From positions 2,432,001 to 2,496,000 of the forward strand of contig OY970296.1 in assembly GCA_963716175.1 (NCBI GenBank): a DNA stretch of 64,000 bases, given 5' to 3'. The notes under the pieces were generated by a model that saw nothing but the letters and a program-made list of their open reading frames with translations, did no database searches and was not told the DNA's origin. The DNA comes from an uncultured Armatimonadetes bacterium (GTDB taxonomy: Bacteria; Armatimonadota; Hebobacteria; Hebobacterales; Hebobacteraceae). Shown one piece after another: positions 42,539-52,546 of this stretch; the first letter of the stretch is position 1, and every line of letters starts with the position of its first letter. Made by a program: the position numbers and the translations under genes.

Positions 42539-43534
42539 ATGACCTCGGACAATCCAGACGAGCGGCAGGAGGAACGAGAAGTCTACGTACCCGGCACGAT
42601 AGACCGAGACCGACAAACGCGAGCGGAAACTGTCCTGGGACAGACATCCTATTGGCTCCTGGCTAGCAGGGCCTATCGCTATGCTGGCCTGAGGACTTAT
42701 CTGGTTGAGGTTTTCGTTCGTGAGTTTGCCGAGTGCCTGAAGCATCCGAGCAGTCAGAGTGCCACCCTGAACGCTCAGATTCTCCTATGGGCCGCGTGGT
42801 CTCACACGTTCATGCACCTAGAGGACGTGGCGGCTTTGCTTCACGCCACCGGTGAGTTCGGGAAGCAGTGGGACATGGCAGGGAAGGCCTGTTGCAGCGA
42901 TCTCATCTATGAGCGCTATCTGTCCTTCAGTGATCCCGCGGCGGGGTCGGGAGCAAGTCCGCAGTCGGTGCTCGAGAAAGTGAAAAGCAGTCTCACCGAT
43001 GCCCGCCGAGCGCTTTGGCTGCCGGCGAAGAAAGAGTGGCGAGAGATGTTCCCCGGCGCGCCGGACAATGACTACGTCCTCATCGTACAGACTGCCGAGA
43101 ATCAGCGACGGGTGACACGTGAAGTGCTGAAGTACTTGAGGTCGGAGTCGGGCAGGAAATGGTACGAGTCGTACCTTCGATTCAAACACGGAATGCCAAT
43201 GGTGGCTCTCGACCTCTTCCATACGAATGCCACGATGTACTACCCGCCCGGCCAGGTGCCTGACGAGCAGACTGTACGCGCTGGTGCTGCTCGCGAGGTG
43301 CGGAGGATGAGAATACTGATGCCAAGAGACCCCCGCGATCCTGGAGGCAGAAGGCCTCACCTTCAGAGCTTCGACTGCCATGAGAAGGCCGCCAAGCAGG
43401 TTCTGGGCTCAAGCCGCCTGCTATCCGAGATCGAAGAGTACGTCTGTAAGTCTATCGCGCATCGAGCAGAGAGCGAGGAAACGCGGGAGTTCTTCATCAT
43501 CAGGAAGGCTGACGGCGAGACGGGAGCAGGATAG
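42539..43534 (+). CDS. Hypothetical protein in an atypical-composition segment
   Basis: 331-aa ORF with GAGGAGG SD; visibly more A/T-ending codons than neighbours. Confidence 0.7.
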   Translation: MTSDNPDERQEEREVYVPGTIDRDRQTRAETVLGQTSYWLLASRAYRYAGLRTYLVEVFVREFAECLKHPSSQSATLNAQILLWAAWSHTFMHLEDVAALLHATGEFGKQWDMAGKACCSDLIYERYLSFSDPAAGSGASPQSVLEKVKSSLTDARRALWLPAKKEWREMFPGAPDNDYVLIVQTAENQRRVTREVLKYLRSESGRKWYESYLRFKHGMPMVALDLFHTNATMYYPPGQVPDEQTVRAGAAREVRRMRILMPRDPRDPGGRRPHLQSFDCHEKAAKQVLGSSRLLSEIEEYVCKSIAHRAESEETREFFIIRKADGETGAG

Positions 43535-43802
43535 TGCCAGAGGACCGGCAGTGTTCGCTTGGGTCACCTGAGGTCGTCCTTCCGCCGGTAGCATTGCCGT
43601 CGGAGAGCGACCGATGGGAGGCCGACTCGCGTGCCCGGGCAGCGCCTTTGACAACGGGTTTTGACTTCCCGGTGCTGTCCGACGCGCCTTATTCTACGGA
43701 GGGTCTCCACGGCTCAGGCACCAGCTGCAGACAGCTGGACCCTGTGGAGCTGCAAGTAGGCCCACGTGATGCGGCTGCGGTGTGGCGGTATTGCCCTAAT
43801 GT

Positions 43803-44006
43803 CTACTCCGTCTTCACCTTGGCCAGCTGCCGGAGGGCATCGTCTAGGCTCTTCAGTATGTCGCTGCGTTGCGGTGAGTCCGGCATGTGATTCTTGATGA
43901 GCCCGATGGCCTGTTCGATGTGCTTCCTGGCGTTCTGCTTGTTGACCTCGGTCCTCTGAACGACTCCCTTTCCTGGCACATAGCGCACTCGGGTACCCTC
44001 CTCCAT
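43803..44006 (-). CDS. Small hypothetical protein (~67 aa)
   Basis: MEEGTRVRYVPGKG...; amphipathic helical C-terminus; no family recognised. Confidence 0.4.
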   Translation of the reverse strand: MEEGTRVRYVPGKGVVQRTEVNKQNARKHIEQAIGLIKNHMPDSPQRSDILKSLDDALRQLAKVKTE

Positions 44007-44674
44007 TCTAAGGTGGATGTGGCAACCACGCGGATCTTCCGCGCGCCATACGATAGCGCACCTGGCATGCGCTGACAAGTCACCGCGCTTCGCTGACCCC
44101 AACGACACTCCTGAGCGGGAACAGGGTCCAGAGCCCTGCGCGGCCGTGGTCTGAAGGTGTTCCCGTAGCCAGCCCTGGTGTCAGGGGTGGACCGCTTCCG
44201 GCGCTGGCGGCGTACCGGGGATAGATGGGGGAAGACCAGTAAGACAGCTCAACGCGAAGTGAGCCGGAGGATACTCGATGACATAGCGGGAGCACCGCGA
44301 AAGCGTCGGGTTCTACTCCGGCACGGCATCGAGACCCAGGGAGGCCGACCCCAAGGAACCCACATCAGTGTTAGCAGGCGCCCGTTCGCCACAGCGGCCT
44401 GTCAACGGCGGGCCTGGACGCAGACACCCATCGGACGGGAGTTCGAAACGCCGAGTGGTCAGCGTGTCCGAATCGAACCCTGAGAAAATCGAGGCTCGAA
44501 GAACCCGCATAAGTACTGGATTCTCTACCAACGGACGGATTGGCAGAAGTCCGAAGGATTCAGAGAAAGAGAGGCCGGAAGGGCCGTTTTCGGCGGCCAG
44601 ACGGGGTGGAAAAGGGGTGAGCCGTCCGAAGGCCTGCCATGCAGGAAGCGGCGAGAATGAGCCTATTACACGCC

Positions 44675-44703
44675 AGAACCCGCCTCTCGGTGAGGCGGGT
44701 TCT
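44675..44703. terminator. Hairpin downstream of the tmRNA 3' fragment
   Basis: 12-bp perfect stem AGAACCCGCCTC/GAGGCGGGTTCT with 5-nt loop; weak U-tract. Confidence 0.55.
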
Positions 44704-44734
44704 CAGCGACAGAGAATGTTTCGATGAAGAAACA

Positions 44735-44890
44735 TGGTCGAGGCGGTGGGAATTGAACCCACGTCCGATGGACAGTCCCTTCAGACCACTACGAGCGTAG
44801 CCTGCGTTTTGGCTTCGCCGGGCGGACGCCCACAGGCGCGCCGGTCACACGGCTCGCTCACCTCTCTTTGCCTTCGCAGCGAATGCGCTA
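44735..44890 (-). pseudogene. ssrA: tmRNA (ssrA) 3' fragment; 5' half and tag frame absent
   Basis: Minus strand GCCTGTG...CGCAGGCTACGCTCGTAG...TCGGACGTGGGTTCAATTCCCACCGCCTCGACCA (PK4-like stem, T-arm, CCA); under 180 nt before the upstream CDS; 5' boundary approximate. Confidence 0.75.
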
Positions 44891-44913
44891 GACCAGTCGC
44901 CCAGCAGTCCACC

Positions 44914-46899
44914 CTAGCCGCCGAAGAAGTTATAGCTTGGCACCTTGAAGATGAGCCCGATCAACGGCCAGGCACAGCCTACTATGGACTCTCCCAGGAT
45001 CAGCCCGTAGAACAGCGGCAGCACCTGTCGGTAAAGCCGCAGGCCCCCGTAGCGAAGCACGGCCAGCTTCACTGCCCAGGCGATCAGCATCGGCATCCAT
45101 ACTAGATGGATGGACCAGCTGGCCGCTAGCGCGTAGGCTACCGGATGCAGGGGCCAGCCCACAAACGCAGTGCGCGCCGAGGCCAGCAGTAAGGTGATGC
45201 CGAACCCCACCGCCATCGCGGCGGGCGCGATCAGGTTCGCCGGTTTCGGGTTCTGCGTCCACGATGCCAGCCGCTCGTAGGCCTCCCGCCCGAACCACTC
45301 CGCCCCCGAGATGTGAGAGCTGGCGCCGAACCGGTAGGCATAGTAGAGCCAGATCCAGAAGCCGCCGATGGCCGCGGCCAGCGTGGCCAGCAGGATGGCC
45401 CACACCATCGGGCGGGGAGAGGTGCGCGCCCGCGCGTCCATCTGCAGCCCTTCGATCGAGTCTGCAATCGGATGCCCGCGGTAGGCGCGGTTGAACCAGA
45501 AGTATTGGGTGAGCATCCCCAGGTCTTGCTGCCGCAGGTTCAGGGTGCCCGCGACGTAGGCGATGGTGTAATCGGGCCCGGTGAAGTGGAAGTCGTGCAC
45601 CGGCGAGCCGAACTCGGCCCTCACCCGCGCCACGGCCACCGCCAGCAGGTAGTAGATCACGAAGGCCAGCACGGCGATGGGCAGTGACATGCCTGCGTGC
45701 AAGCTGAACGCCACCAGCGCGCCTACGCCCACCAGCACGCCTGCCGATGCCACTCTGAAGGGCAGACCTTCCTGCGAGTCATCCGCCTCCGAGGCCCGAC
45801 CCAGCACCCGCCGCCATACGTGCCGGAAGTAGCGCCTTCCTATCAGCAGCGACCCCAGCGCGATGGCGATGAACCCACCGAACATCTGCTCATTGGCATA
45901 GGGGAAGATCGACTCCGAGATGCCGCCCCCGTACCCTCGGCTCACCCCGGTCGCGGCGGCGATCACGAAAAGCAGCTTCCACCAGAAGAAGAAAACACAG
46001 CATGAGAACAGCAGGTCAAGCGGCATGAGGAAGGAGAGCCCGATCACCGCTGGCGTGAAGGTCACGGGCAGCCATCCCATGCCTGCCCACGGCATGTCCG
46101 GGATATACCGCATCAGATCAATCGTGATCGGGATGGCAGGAATGGCGGGGTAGATGTAGCTGAGGCCGTTCACCAGGTCAACCGATCCTGCCATCAGGAA
46201 CCCGATCCACATCAGCCGGCTTCTCAGCAGCGCGGTGCCGGGGTCGGTAAGCTCGAGTGGAAGCTGGATGATCGGGAAGGTCAGGCGTTCCCGCTCCGCC
46301 CAGAGCGGCCGCACCAGCACGGAAATGCAGATCATCACGAAGACCAGCACCACCAGGAACCCGGTCCACCACAGGAACGGGGTGAGCCAGGCCAGCAGCA
46401 CCGGCCGCTGGTACAGGGTGGTGCCGCCATTGTAGTAGCCATACAGCGTCTGCTTGTCCCAGATCGTCAGCCAACTGGGCGTGCTGTTGTCGAGTATCGT
46501 CTCCCAGTGGTTCTGAGGGTTGGCGAACCAGTAGCCGACAGTCATCATCGGGATCAGCACCTGGAGCATGTCGTGCCCCATGATCGAGGTGCCCACCGTG
46601 AGCATGATGTAGACGATGATCAGCTCACTGCGGTTGAGCCCCAGGCCAGGGCGCATTCTTCGCAGCGCCGCGTTGCCGAGGGCTACGAAGGCGATGATGA
46701 AGATGACGTTGAAGAACAGGGAGATGGTGGAGATATAGGGGCCGCTTCCGCTCTTCGGCTCCATGCAGAACTGCCAGGCCAGGTTGAATGGCAGCAGGAT
46801 GAGGCCCACCAGGAATCCGCGCCAGACCCTCAGCTCTGCTCTGGGGGCCGGGGGTTTGCCTGCTCGTCCGGCGATAGTTCGGGGTTGTGGTTGCGCCAT
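44914..46899 (-). CDS. DUF6785/DUF6784 (OPT-like) polytopic membrane protein
   Basis: ELIIVY, W...ERLTFPI, R.RAE.G, WPLHPVAY, RYGG..LYR motifs. Confidence 0.75.
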   Translation of the reverse strand: MAQPQPRTIAGRAGKPPAPRAELRVWRGFLVGLILLPFNLAWQFCMEPKSGSGPYISTISLFFNVIFIIAFVALGNAALRRMRPGLGLNRSELIIVYIMLTVGTSIMGHDMLQVLIPMMTVGYWFANPQNHWETILDNSTPSWLTIWDKQTLYGYYNGGTTLYQRPVLLAWLTPFLWWTGFLVVLVFVMICISVLVRPLWAERERLTFPIIQLPLELTDPGTALLRSRLMWIGFLMAGSVDLVNGLSYIYPAIPAIPITIDLMRYIPDMPWAGMGWLPVTFTPAVIGLSFLMPLDLLFSCCVFFFWWKLLFVIAAATGVSRGYGGGISESIFPYANEQMFGGFIAIALGSLLIGRRYFRHVWRRVLGRASEADDSQEGLPFRVASAGVLVGVGALVAFSLHAGMSLPIAVLAFVIYYLLAVAVARVRAEFGSPVHDFHFTGPDYTIAYVAGTLNLRQQDLGMLTQYFWFNRAYRGHPIADSIEGLQMDARARTSPRPMVWAILLATLAAAIGGFWIWLYYAYRFGASSHISGAEWFGREAYERLASWTQNPKPANLIAPAAMAVGFGITLLLASARTAFVGWPLHPVAYALAASWSIHLVWMPMLIAWAVKLAVLRYGGLRLYRQVLPLFYGLILGESIVGCAWPLIGLIFKVPSYNFFGG

Positions 46900-47027
46900 C
46901 CGCGGTGTAAGCTGATTTCGGTTCCGCGGGCATACGCCCCTGCCGCAGTGGGACAGAGGGGGACCGACTGGCGGCCGCAGCAGCCAGGTGGCGGGTCCCT
47001 GGCTCGCGTGGGGGCTGCAGCGGTGGT

Positions 47028-49196
47028 ATGAAGCCGAGGCAAAGCAGCCAGATGGCCGGGCAAATCCAACACCGTGTTCGACCTCGTAGCATCAGGAGGC
47101 TGATTGGCCTCTGGCTGCTATTCGCGGTGGTGCCGCTCTTGCTGGTGCAAGCAGGCATCTACTACCGGCGGGTCAACGTGGAGCGGCGGGACGAGCTTCA
47201 GGCGAACCTGGAGATGGCAAGGGCGGTGGCGGCTGCCTTCGGCTTCTACCTTCAGGAGGTGCGCGACGAACAGTGGAGTATCGGTCACGCGCTCGCCCGG
47301 TCAATGCCATCCGCGAGGCAGCAAGGCAATACTCTGCTGGCGGAAGCCGCCCGGCGGCACCCTGGCATCCGATCCCTGAGCTGGGTGGACCCGCGCGGGC
47401 GGGTGGTCGCTTCCAGTGTGCCCGGCCTGGTCGGGCAGGACTGGAGCCCGACCTCGTGGTTTCGGGAGCTTGCGGCTGGCCGGGAATGGAAGGTGACCAG
47501 TGCCGTACGCAGCCGGGATCCTCGCCAGATGACGTTCTCGGTCGCTCAGGCCATCCGCGACGCCGGAGGGACCTTGCGCGGGATGGTGGTGGCTGTGATT
47601 GACCCAGAGGGCCTCCGGTCGAGCCTTGACATCAAGCGGTCGGGCGGGGCGGCCTTCTCCCTGATAGACAGCAGCGGATGGCTGGTCTACCGCCGTCCCT
47701 CAGGCAGCATCCCCTGGGAGCAACACGACTGGGGGAAGCTGTACCCTCCGGTCAGGGGGGCACTGCAGGGCAGGGAGACCTCGGCTCCCGTGCTTGCTCT
47801 CCATGAGCGCCGCCAGCGCGACTTCGCCGGCGTTCCTATCCTCTCCACTGGCTGGGTGGCCAGCGCCAGCCGGCCCGAGGAGGAGGTGATCTCGCCCGTC
47901 CTCTGGGACACCGCGGTTCTGCTCATCATCACCCTCTTTGCTTTGGTGGTAGTGATGGCGGCCGCGACTGTCATCAGCGGGCCCTTGCGGCGGCTGCGCC
48001 GGCACGCGGTTGCCATTGGGGAGGGCGACTTCGCCCGCCGCCTCGAGGCCTCTGGGCCCGCGGAACTGGCGGATCTAGCGGAGGCCTTCAACCAGATGGC
48101 CCGCCAGCTGCAACTCCGCGAGCACGAGCACGAGCGACTGCTGGAGCTGGAGCGAGAGCGCGCCCGGGAGGCGCGGCTGCTGGACACCATCGTGGAGAAC
48201 ACCCAGGCCCATCTCGTCTATCTGGACCGCGACTTCAACTTCATCTGGGTCAACTCCGCCTACGCCAGGGCCTGCCGGCGCTCCCGCGAGGAGTTTATTG
48301 GGCACAATCACTTCGAGTTCTACCCGCATGCGGAGAATGAGGCTATCTTCCGGCGGGTGCGAGACACCGGCCAGCCCGCCGAGTTCCGGGAAAAGCCCTT
48401 CGAGTTCCCCGATCAACCAGACCGAGGGATAACTTACTGGGACTGGACCCTCACTCCGGTCAAGGATGATCAGGGAGTGGCAGAGGGCCTCATCTTCTCC
48501 CTCGCCGATGTCACCGAGAAAGTGCGCACTCGGGAGCAGATGCTTGCCGCCGAGCGCGCTTGCGTGCAGATCGCCGAGACCGTGGCCGCCGAGATCAACC
48601 ACCGGATGAAGAACAATCTCGCTCTGGTCTCGGGCATGCTGCAGATGCAGGCTGGGGCTCAGCCGGCCGGATCTCCCGCAGCGGACGCCTTGCGGCAGGC
48701 CGTCGCTCGGCTCTCCGCGCTCTCTGTCGTCCACGAGCAATTGCTGGAGGCCCGTTCGGAGCGGCTGGAGCTGATGGGCGCCGTGCGCCGTATCGGCGAG
48801 ATCGCCACCGCTGCCCTGGCCAGTGGCGGCGCCGACCTCTCGGTGACAGGCAGCCCCGCTTACGCTTCCCCAGGAGTGGGCAGCGCCATCGCGGTGGTGG
48901 CCAACGAACTCATCACGAATGCCGTCAAGCACGGCGCTGCCGGGCCGGGCCAGCCGCTGCGCGTCGAGGTGGACCTGTCCCGAGTGGAGGGGAAGCTGCA
49001 CCTTTCTGTCTGGAACTCCGGCCGCCCGGTCCCGCCCGATTTTGACCTGGCGGCTGGATCCGGGATGGGTCTCCGCTTGGCGCAGGGGGTAGCCGTCGGC
49101 CAGCTCAAGGGATCGCTGACCCTTCGCCCTCACCGGGGAGGCACGCTGAGCGAGCTCATCGTTGACGACAGCATACTGGAGACAGGGGTGAGCTAG
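47028..49196 (+). CDS. Sensor histidine kinase (Cache-HAMP-PAS-HisKA_2/HWE type)
   Basis: Two TMs; ELADLAEAFNQM HAMP; PAS; EINHRMKNNL H-box; ELITNAVKH N-box; GMGL G-box. Confidence 0.9.
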   Translation: MKPRQSSQMAGQIQHRVRPRSIRRLIGLWLLFAVVPLLLVQAGIYYRRVNVERRDELQANLEMARAVAAAFGFYLQEVRDEQWSIGHALARSMPSARQQGNTLLAEAARRHPGIRSLSWVDPRGRVVASSVPGLVGQDWSPTSWFRELAAGREWKVTSAVRSRDPRQMTFSVAQAIRDAGGTLRGMVVAVIDPEGLRSSLDIKRSGGAAFSLIDSSGWLVYRRPSGSIPWEQHDWGKLYPPVRGALQGRETSAPVLALHERRQRDFAGVPILSTGWVASASRPEEEVISPVLWDTAVLLIITLFALVVVMAAATVISGPLRRLRRHAVAIGEGDFARRLEASGPAELADLAEAFNQMARQLQLREHEHERLLELERERAREARLLDTIVENTQAHLVYLDRDFNFIWVNSAYARACRRSREEFIGHNHFEFYPHAENEAIFRRVRDTGQPAEFREKPFEFPDQPDRGITYWDWTLTPVKDDQGVAEGLIFSLADVTEKVRTREQMLAAERACVQIAETVAAEINHRMKNNLALVSGMLQMQAGAQPAGSPAADALRQAVARLSALSVVHEQLLEARSERLELMGAVRRIGEIATAALASGGADLSVTGSPAYASPGVGSAIAVVANELITNAVKHGAAGPGQPLRVEVDLSRVEGKLHLSVWNSGRPVPPDFDLAAGSGMGLRLAQGVAVGQLKGSLTLRPHRGGTLSELIVDDSILETGVS

Positions 49197-49360
49197 CCTC
49201 AAGCTGGCACCGCGCGGATCGGGCTTCTGGTGAACAGGGGGGTGGGCCTGGCGGCCGCCTGCATGGCGGCAACCTGTCGCGGGGGTCACCACCGTGTTGA
49301 AAGAGAGGCTTTCCCGCGCTCCGCGCCGAACCCACGGTTGGCGCGGGAGGCGCTGGTGGT

Positions 49361-50860
49361 ATGCCTCCACACCTGATACTGCTCCATCCCCCCAGCCTGC
49401 TGGATGCGAGGGCACAGGCGATTCGCCACAGCCTCGCCACCGCCACCGTGGCCACCTCGCCGCTCTTCGAGTACTACCCGCTCGGATTCCTGACGCTGAT
49501 GGAGTACCTGGAGCGGCATCAGTTCGAGGTGCGCATCATCAACCTCGCGGCCAGGGCGAGCAAGAGCCCGCGCTTCGATGTCCGGCGGCTACTCCGGGGC
49601 CTGGCTCCTCTTGCTTTCGGCATTGACCTCCACTGGCTGGTCCACGCCGATGGCGCGCTGGAGGTGGCCCGCATCTGCAAAGAAGATCACCCTCGGACCC
49701 CGGTGATCCTGGGAGGCCTGACCGCCTCCTACTACCACCGCGAGCTGATCGCCTCTGCTCATGTGGACTACGTGCTCCGCGGCGATTCCACCGAGCAGCC
49801 CCTGGTGGATCTGCTTCGCTGTCTCGAGGCCAGGCGAGAGCCGTCTGGAGTGCCGAATCTGACCTGGAAGCGAGAGGGCGAACCGGTCATCAACCCGCTG
49901 ACCTATCAGCCCGAGTTGCTAGATATCCGGGTTGACTACCGCCGGCTGATCAAGCACATGCTCCGCTACCGTGACCTGCGCGGTGGGCTGCTCACCGGGT
50001 ACCAATGGCCCGCCTATGCCTTCAACATGACCCTCTTCTGCCGCGGCTGTCTCTTCAACTGCCCCATCTGCGGCGGCTCCAACTGGGCCCTGGGGCGGGC
50101 GCGGCTGGGGGTGAGGGACCCGGAGGTGCTGGCCCAGGAGATCGTCTCCACCCAGACGCTCACTCCCTTCTCCATTGGGATACCGGGAGACATCCGCCAG
50201 CATCAACCCCAACAACTGATCGAGGCTTTGCGACGAAGGAAGCCCACCCGGCCCCTCAGCTTCGAGCTCTTCGGGCCTGCAGGCGCGGAGTTCTTGCGAG
50301 AGCTGGCGAGCATCGGCCCACCTCTGGACCTCCATCTCTCGCCCCAGAGCCACGATGAGGAGCTGCGCGCGCGGGCGGGCCGCTGCTATCCCAACGCGCG
50401 GCTGGAAGAGGATGTGGCGACGACCTTGGAGCTGGGAGGCAAAGCCTTCCTCTTCTTTCTCATCGGCATTCCCGGCCAGACTCGGCAGTCGGTGCTGGAC
50501 AGCGTCGCCTATGCCGAGCGGCTGATGGAGCGCTTCCACCAGCGGTATCCAGGGAAGCTCGATGCCAATATCTCCCCGCCGCTGCCCTTCATTGACCCGG
50601 GCAGCCTGGCCTTCGAGCATCCCGAGCCTATGGGCTACCGACTCTTCGCCCGGACTCTCGCCGAGCACCGGGCGCTGATGCGCAACCCGGACCTGCGGCA
50701 GGTGCTGAACTTCGAGACCGAGACCATGTCCCGCAGTGAGATCATAGACATCGCCGCCGAAGCCATGGACCGGATGATCACTCTGCGCCAGCGCTGCGGG
50801 CTGCTCAAAGGTAAGTGGGCGGAACGAGAGCGGGCGCGGGTGCGAGAAGCGGAGATGTAA
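49361..50860 (+). CDS. B12-binding domain radical SAM protein (TIGR04190-like)
   Basis: ILLHPPS, FEYYPLGF, GIDLHWLVH, RGCLFNCPIC (CxxxCxxC), PFIDPGS. Confidence 0.85.
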   Translation: MPPHLILLHPPSLLDARAQAIRHSLATATVATSPLFEYYPLGFLTLMEYLERHQFEVRIINLAARASKSPRFDVRRLLRGLAPLAFGIDLHWLVHADGALEVARICKEDHPRTPVILGGLTASYYHRELIASAHVDYVLRGDSTEQPLVDLLRCLEARREPSGVPNLTWKREGEPVINPLTYQPELLDIRVDYRRLIKHMLRYRDLRGGLLTGYQWPAYAFNMTLFCRGCLFNCPICGGSNWALGRARLGVRDPEVLAQEIVSTQTLTPFSIGIPGDIRQHQPQQLIEALRRRKPTRPLSFELFGPAGAEFLRELASIGPPLDLHLSPQSHDEELRARAGRCYPNARLEEDVATTLELGGKAFLFFLIGIPGQTRQSVLDSVAYAERLMERFHQRYPGKLDANISPPLPFIDPGSLAFEHPEPMGYRLFARTLAEHRALMRNPDLRQVLNFETETMSRSEIIDIAAEAMDRMITLRQRCGLLKGKWAERERARVREAEM

Positions 50861-50900
50861 GGGCCGGGGCCCGCAGGAGGGCCGGGTGAGGGCAAGACGC

Positions 50901-51176
50901 ATGAGAGACCTGGTGATTAGCGAGCACGCGCGGTTCGAGATGGAGCGCCGGCAGATCGCGGAGGAAATGCTCCGCCAGGTTGCTCTCGCGCCGGAGCAGG
51001 TGGTATCCTTTGGGAAAGGGCGGGTGATCTACCAGTCTCAGATCGCCGATCGCGCTTCCGGCAAGAAGATGCTGCTGCGAATCGTCGTCGAGGAGCGACA
51101 GGACGCGTTGTTTGTTGTGACTGCCTACAAAACGTCGAAGATCGGGAAGTACTGGCAGTCGGAGAGCGAGCCATGA
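50901..51176 (+). CDS. DUF4258 family protein (putative RelE/BrnT-fold toxin)
   Basis: SEHARFEMERR.I ... LLRIVVE....VVTAY. Confidence 0.75.
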   Translation: MRDLVISEHARFEMERRQIAEEMLRQVALAPEQVVSFGKGRVIYQSQIADRASGKKMLLRIVVEERQDALFVVTAYKTSKIGKYWQSESEP

Positions 51177-51382
51177 AAGTCATCTATGACCGTGAAACCG
51201 ACACTCTCAGCCTTGTGCTAGCAGACGGGCCGGTGGCCGAGAGCGATGAGCTGCGCGAGGGGCTGGTCATTGACTATGACCGCCACGGGCACATCGTCTC
51301 AGTCGAGGTGCTTGACGCCTCCGAGCACGTATCAGAGCCCACCTCCATCGCCTTCGAGCTGAAGGAGGCCGCGGCGCGGTAA
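51173..51382 (+). CDS. DUF2283 family protein (putative antitoxin)
   Basis: YD.ETD.L, ESDE, IDYD..G.IV..EVLDAS; ATGA-coupled to DUF4258. Confidence 0.85.
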   Translation: MKVIYDRETDTLSLVLADGPVAESDELREGLVIDYDRHGHIVSVEVLDASEHVSEPTSIAFELKEAAAR

Positions 51383-51478
51383 GGCCCGCGCCTGGCTATG
51401 CCCATCAGCGATCTGCATTGCCTGGGGGCAGCGACCGCGTTGCAAGCCGATGGCTAACGGCTGCTTAGCCCGCCCGGG

Positions 51479-52504
51479 CTATCCTCCGCGCAGCCACCTC
51501 GCGGCTTCCCGCGCGTGGTAGGTGAGGATGAGGTCGGCGCCGGCGCGGGCGATGCTGGTGAGCACTTCCAGCACCACCGCTCGCTCTTCCAGCCAGCCGC
51601 GTGCCGCGGCCGCCTTCACCATGGCGTACTCGCCGCTGACATTGTAGGCCGCTACCGGCCGGTCGAGCGCGGCCCGCACATCGGAGATCACGTCCAGATA
51701 GGGCAGCGCCGGCTTGACCATGATGATGTCGGCCCCCTCCTCTGCATCCAGGCGCGCCTCGCGCAGCGCCTCCCGGCGATTGGGAGGGGCCATCTGGTAG
51801 GAGCGGCGATCGCCAAACTGGGGCGCGGACTCCGCCGCCTCCCGGAATGGCCCGTAGAAAGCGGAGGCGTACTTGGCGGTATAGCCCATGATCCCGGTGT
51901 TCGAGAAGCCGGCCCGGTCGAGGGTTTGGCGGATGGCGGCCACCCGGCCATCCATCATATCCGAGGGCGCCACCAGATCGGCACCGGCCTCGGCATGGGA
52001 GAGCGCGGCCTTCGCCAGCAGCTCCAGCGTGGGATCGTTCAGGATCTCGCCGCCCTCCCCGATCACCCCGCAGTGGCCATGGGTGGTGTAGCCGCAGAGA
52101 CACACATCCGTGATCACCACCAGCTCCGGCAGGGCCTGCTTGAGCGCCCTCACGCCCTGCTGAGCCGGCCCCTCGGGGTTGGCCGCCTCCCGGCCTTCCG
52201 GGTCCTTGTGCTCGGGGATGCCGAACAGCAGCACCGCGCGCACGCCATCGTGCCATGCTCGCTCCGCTTCCTGCACCAGCAGATCGGGAGACCAGCGGGA
52301 CTGGCCGGGAAGGGCCTCAATCTCCTGGCACTGCCCGGCGCCGGGAACCACGAACATGGGATAGATGAACTGGCGCGGGTCGAGGCGCGTCTCCGTCACC
52401 AGCTCGCGCAGGGCGGCGGTGCGGCGCAAGCGGCGCGGCCGCTCCCGCAGCCAAGTCACGCCGCCGATGTCCGTCTCTTCCGTCCGACCCAGTAGCTTGG
52501 ACAT
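51479..52504 (-). CDS. hemB: Porphobilinogen synthase
   Basis: [50 protein letters not shown]. Confidence 0.97.
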   Translation of the reverse strand: MSKLLGRTEETDIGGVTWLRERPRRLRRTAALRELVTETRLDPRQFIYPMFVVPGAGQCQEIEALPGQSRWSPDLLVQEAERAWHDGVRAVLLFGIPEHKDPEGREAANPEGPAQQGVRALKQALPELVVITDVCLCGYTTHGHCGVIGEGGEILNDPTLELLAKAALSHAEAGADLVAPSDMMDGRVAAIRQTLDRAGFSNTGIMGYTAKYASAFYGPFREAAESAPQFGDRRSYQMAPPNRREALREARLDAEEGADIIMVKPALPYLDVISDVRAALDRPVAAYNVSGEYAMVKAAAARGWLEERAVVLEVLTSIARAGADLILTYHAREAARWLRGG

Positions 52505-52546
52505 GGCTCTCCCCCGGTCAACGATAGCAGGATGCCGCCGCTTGGT

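Noticed and set aside
44178-44483. 101-aa ORF as an integrase remnant
   Set aside because: No tyrosine or serine recombinase motifs are recognisable.
44735-44810. tRNA gene
   Set aside because: T-arm and CCA are present, but no D or anticodon arms and no matching 5' acceptor strand; upstream sequence fits tmRNA.
45020-45050. Minus-strand GGGGGC as the missing tmRNA 5' end
   Set aside because: It encodes the conserved RYGGLRLYR motif of the membrane protein and lacks TTCGAC and complementarity to the 3' strand.
44734-45105. ORF MVEAVGIEPTS...
   Set aside because: Typical antisense translation of a tRNA/tmRNA 3' end, overlapping a real gene on the other strand.
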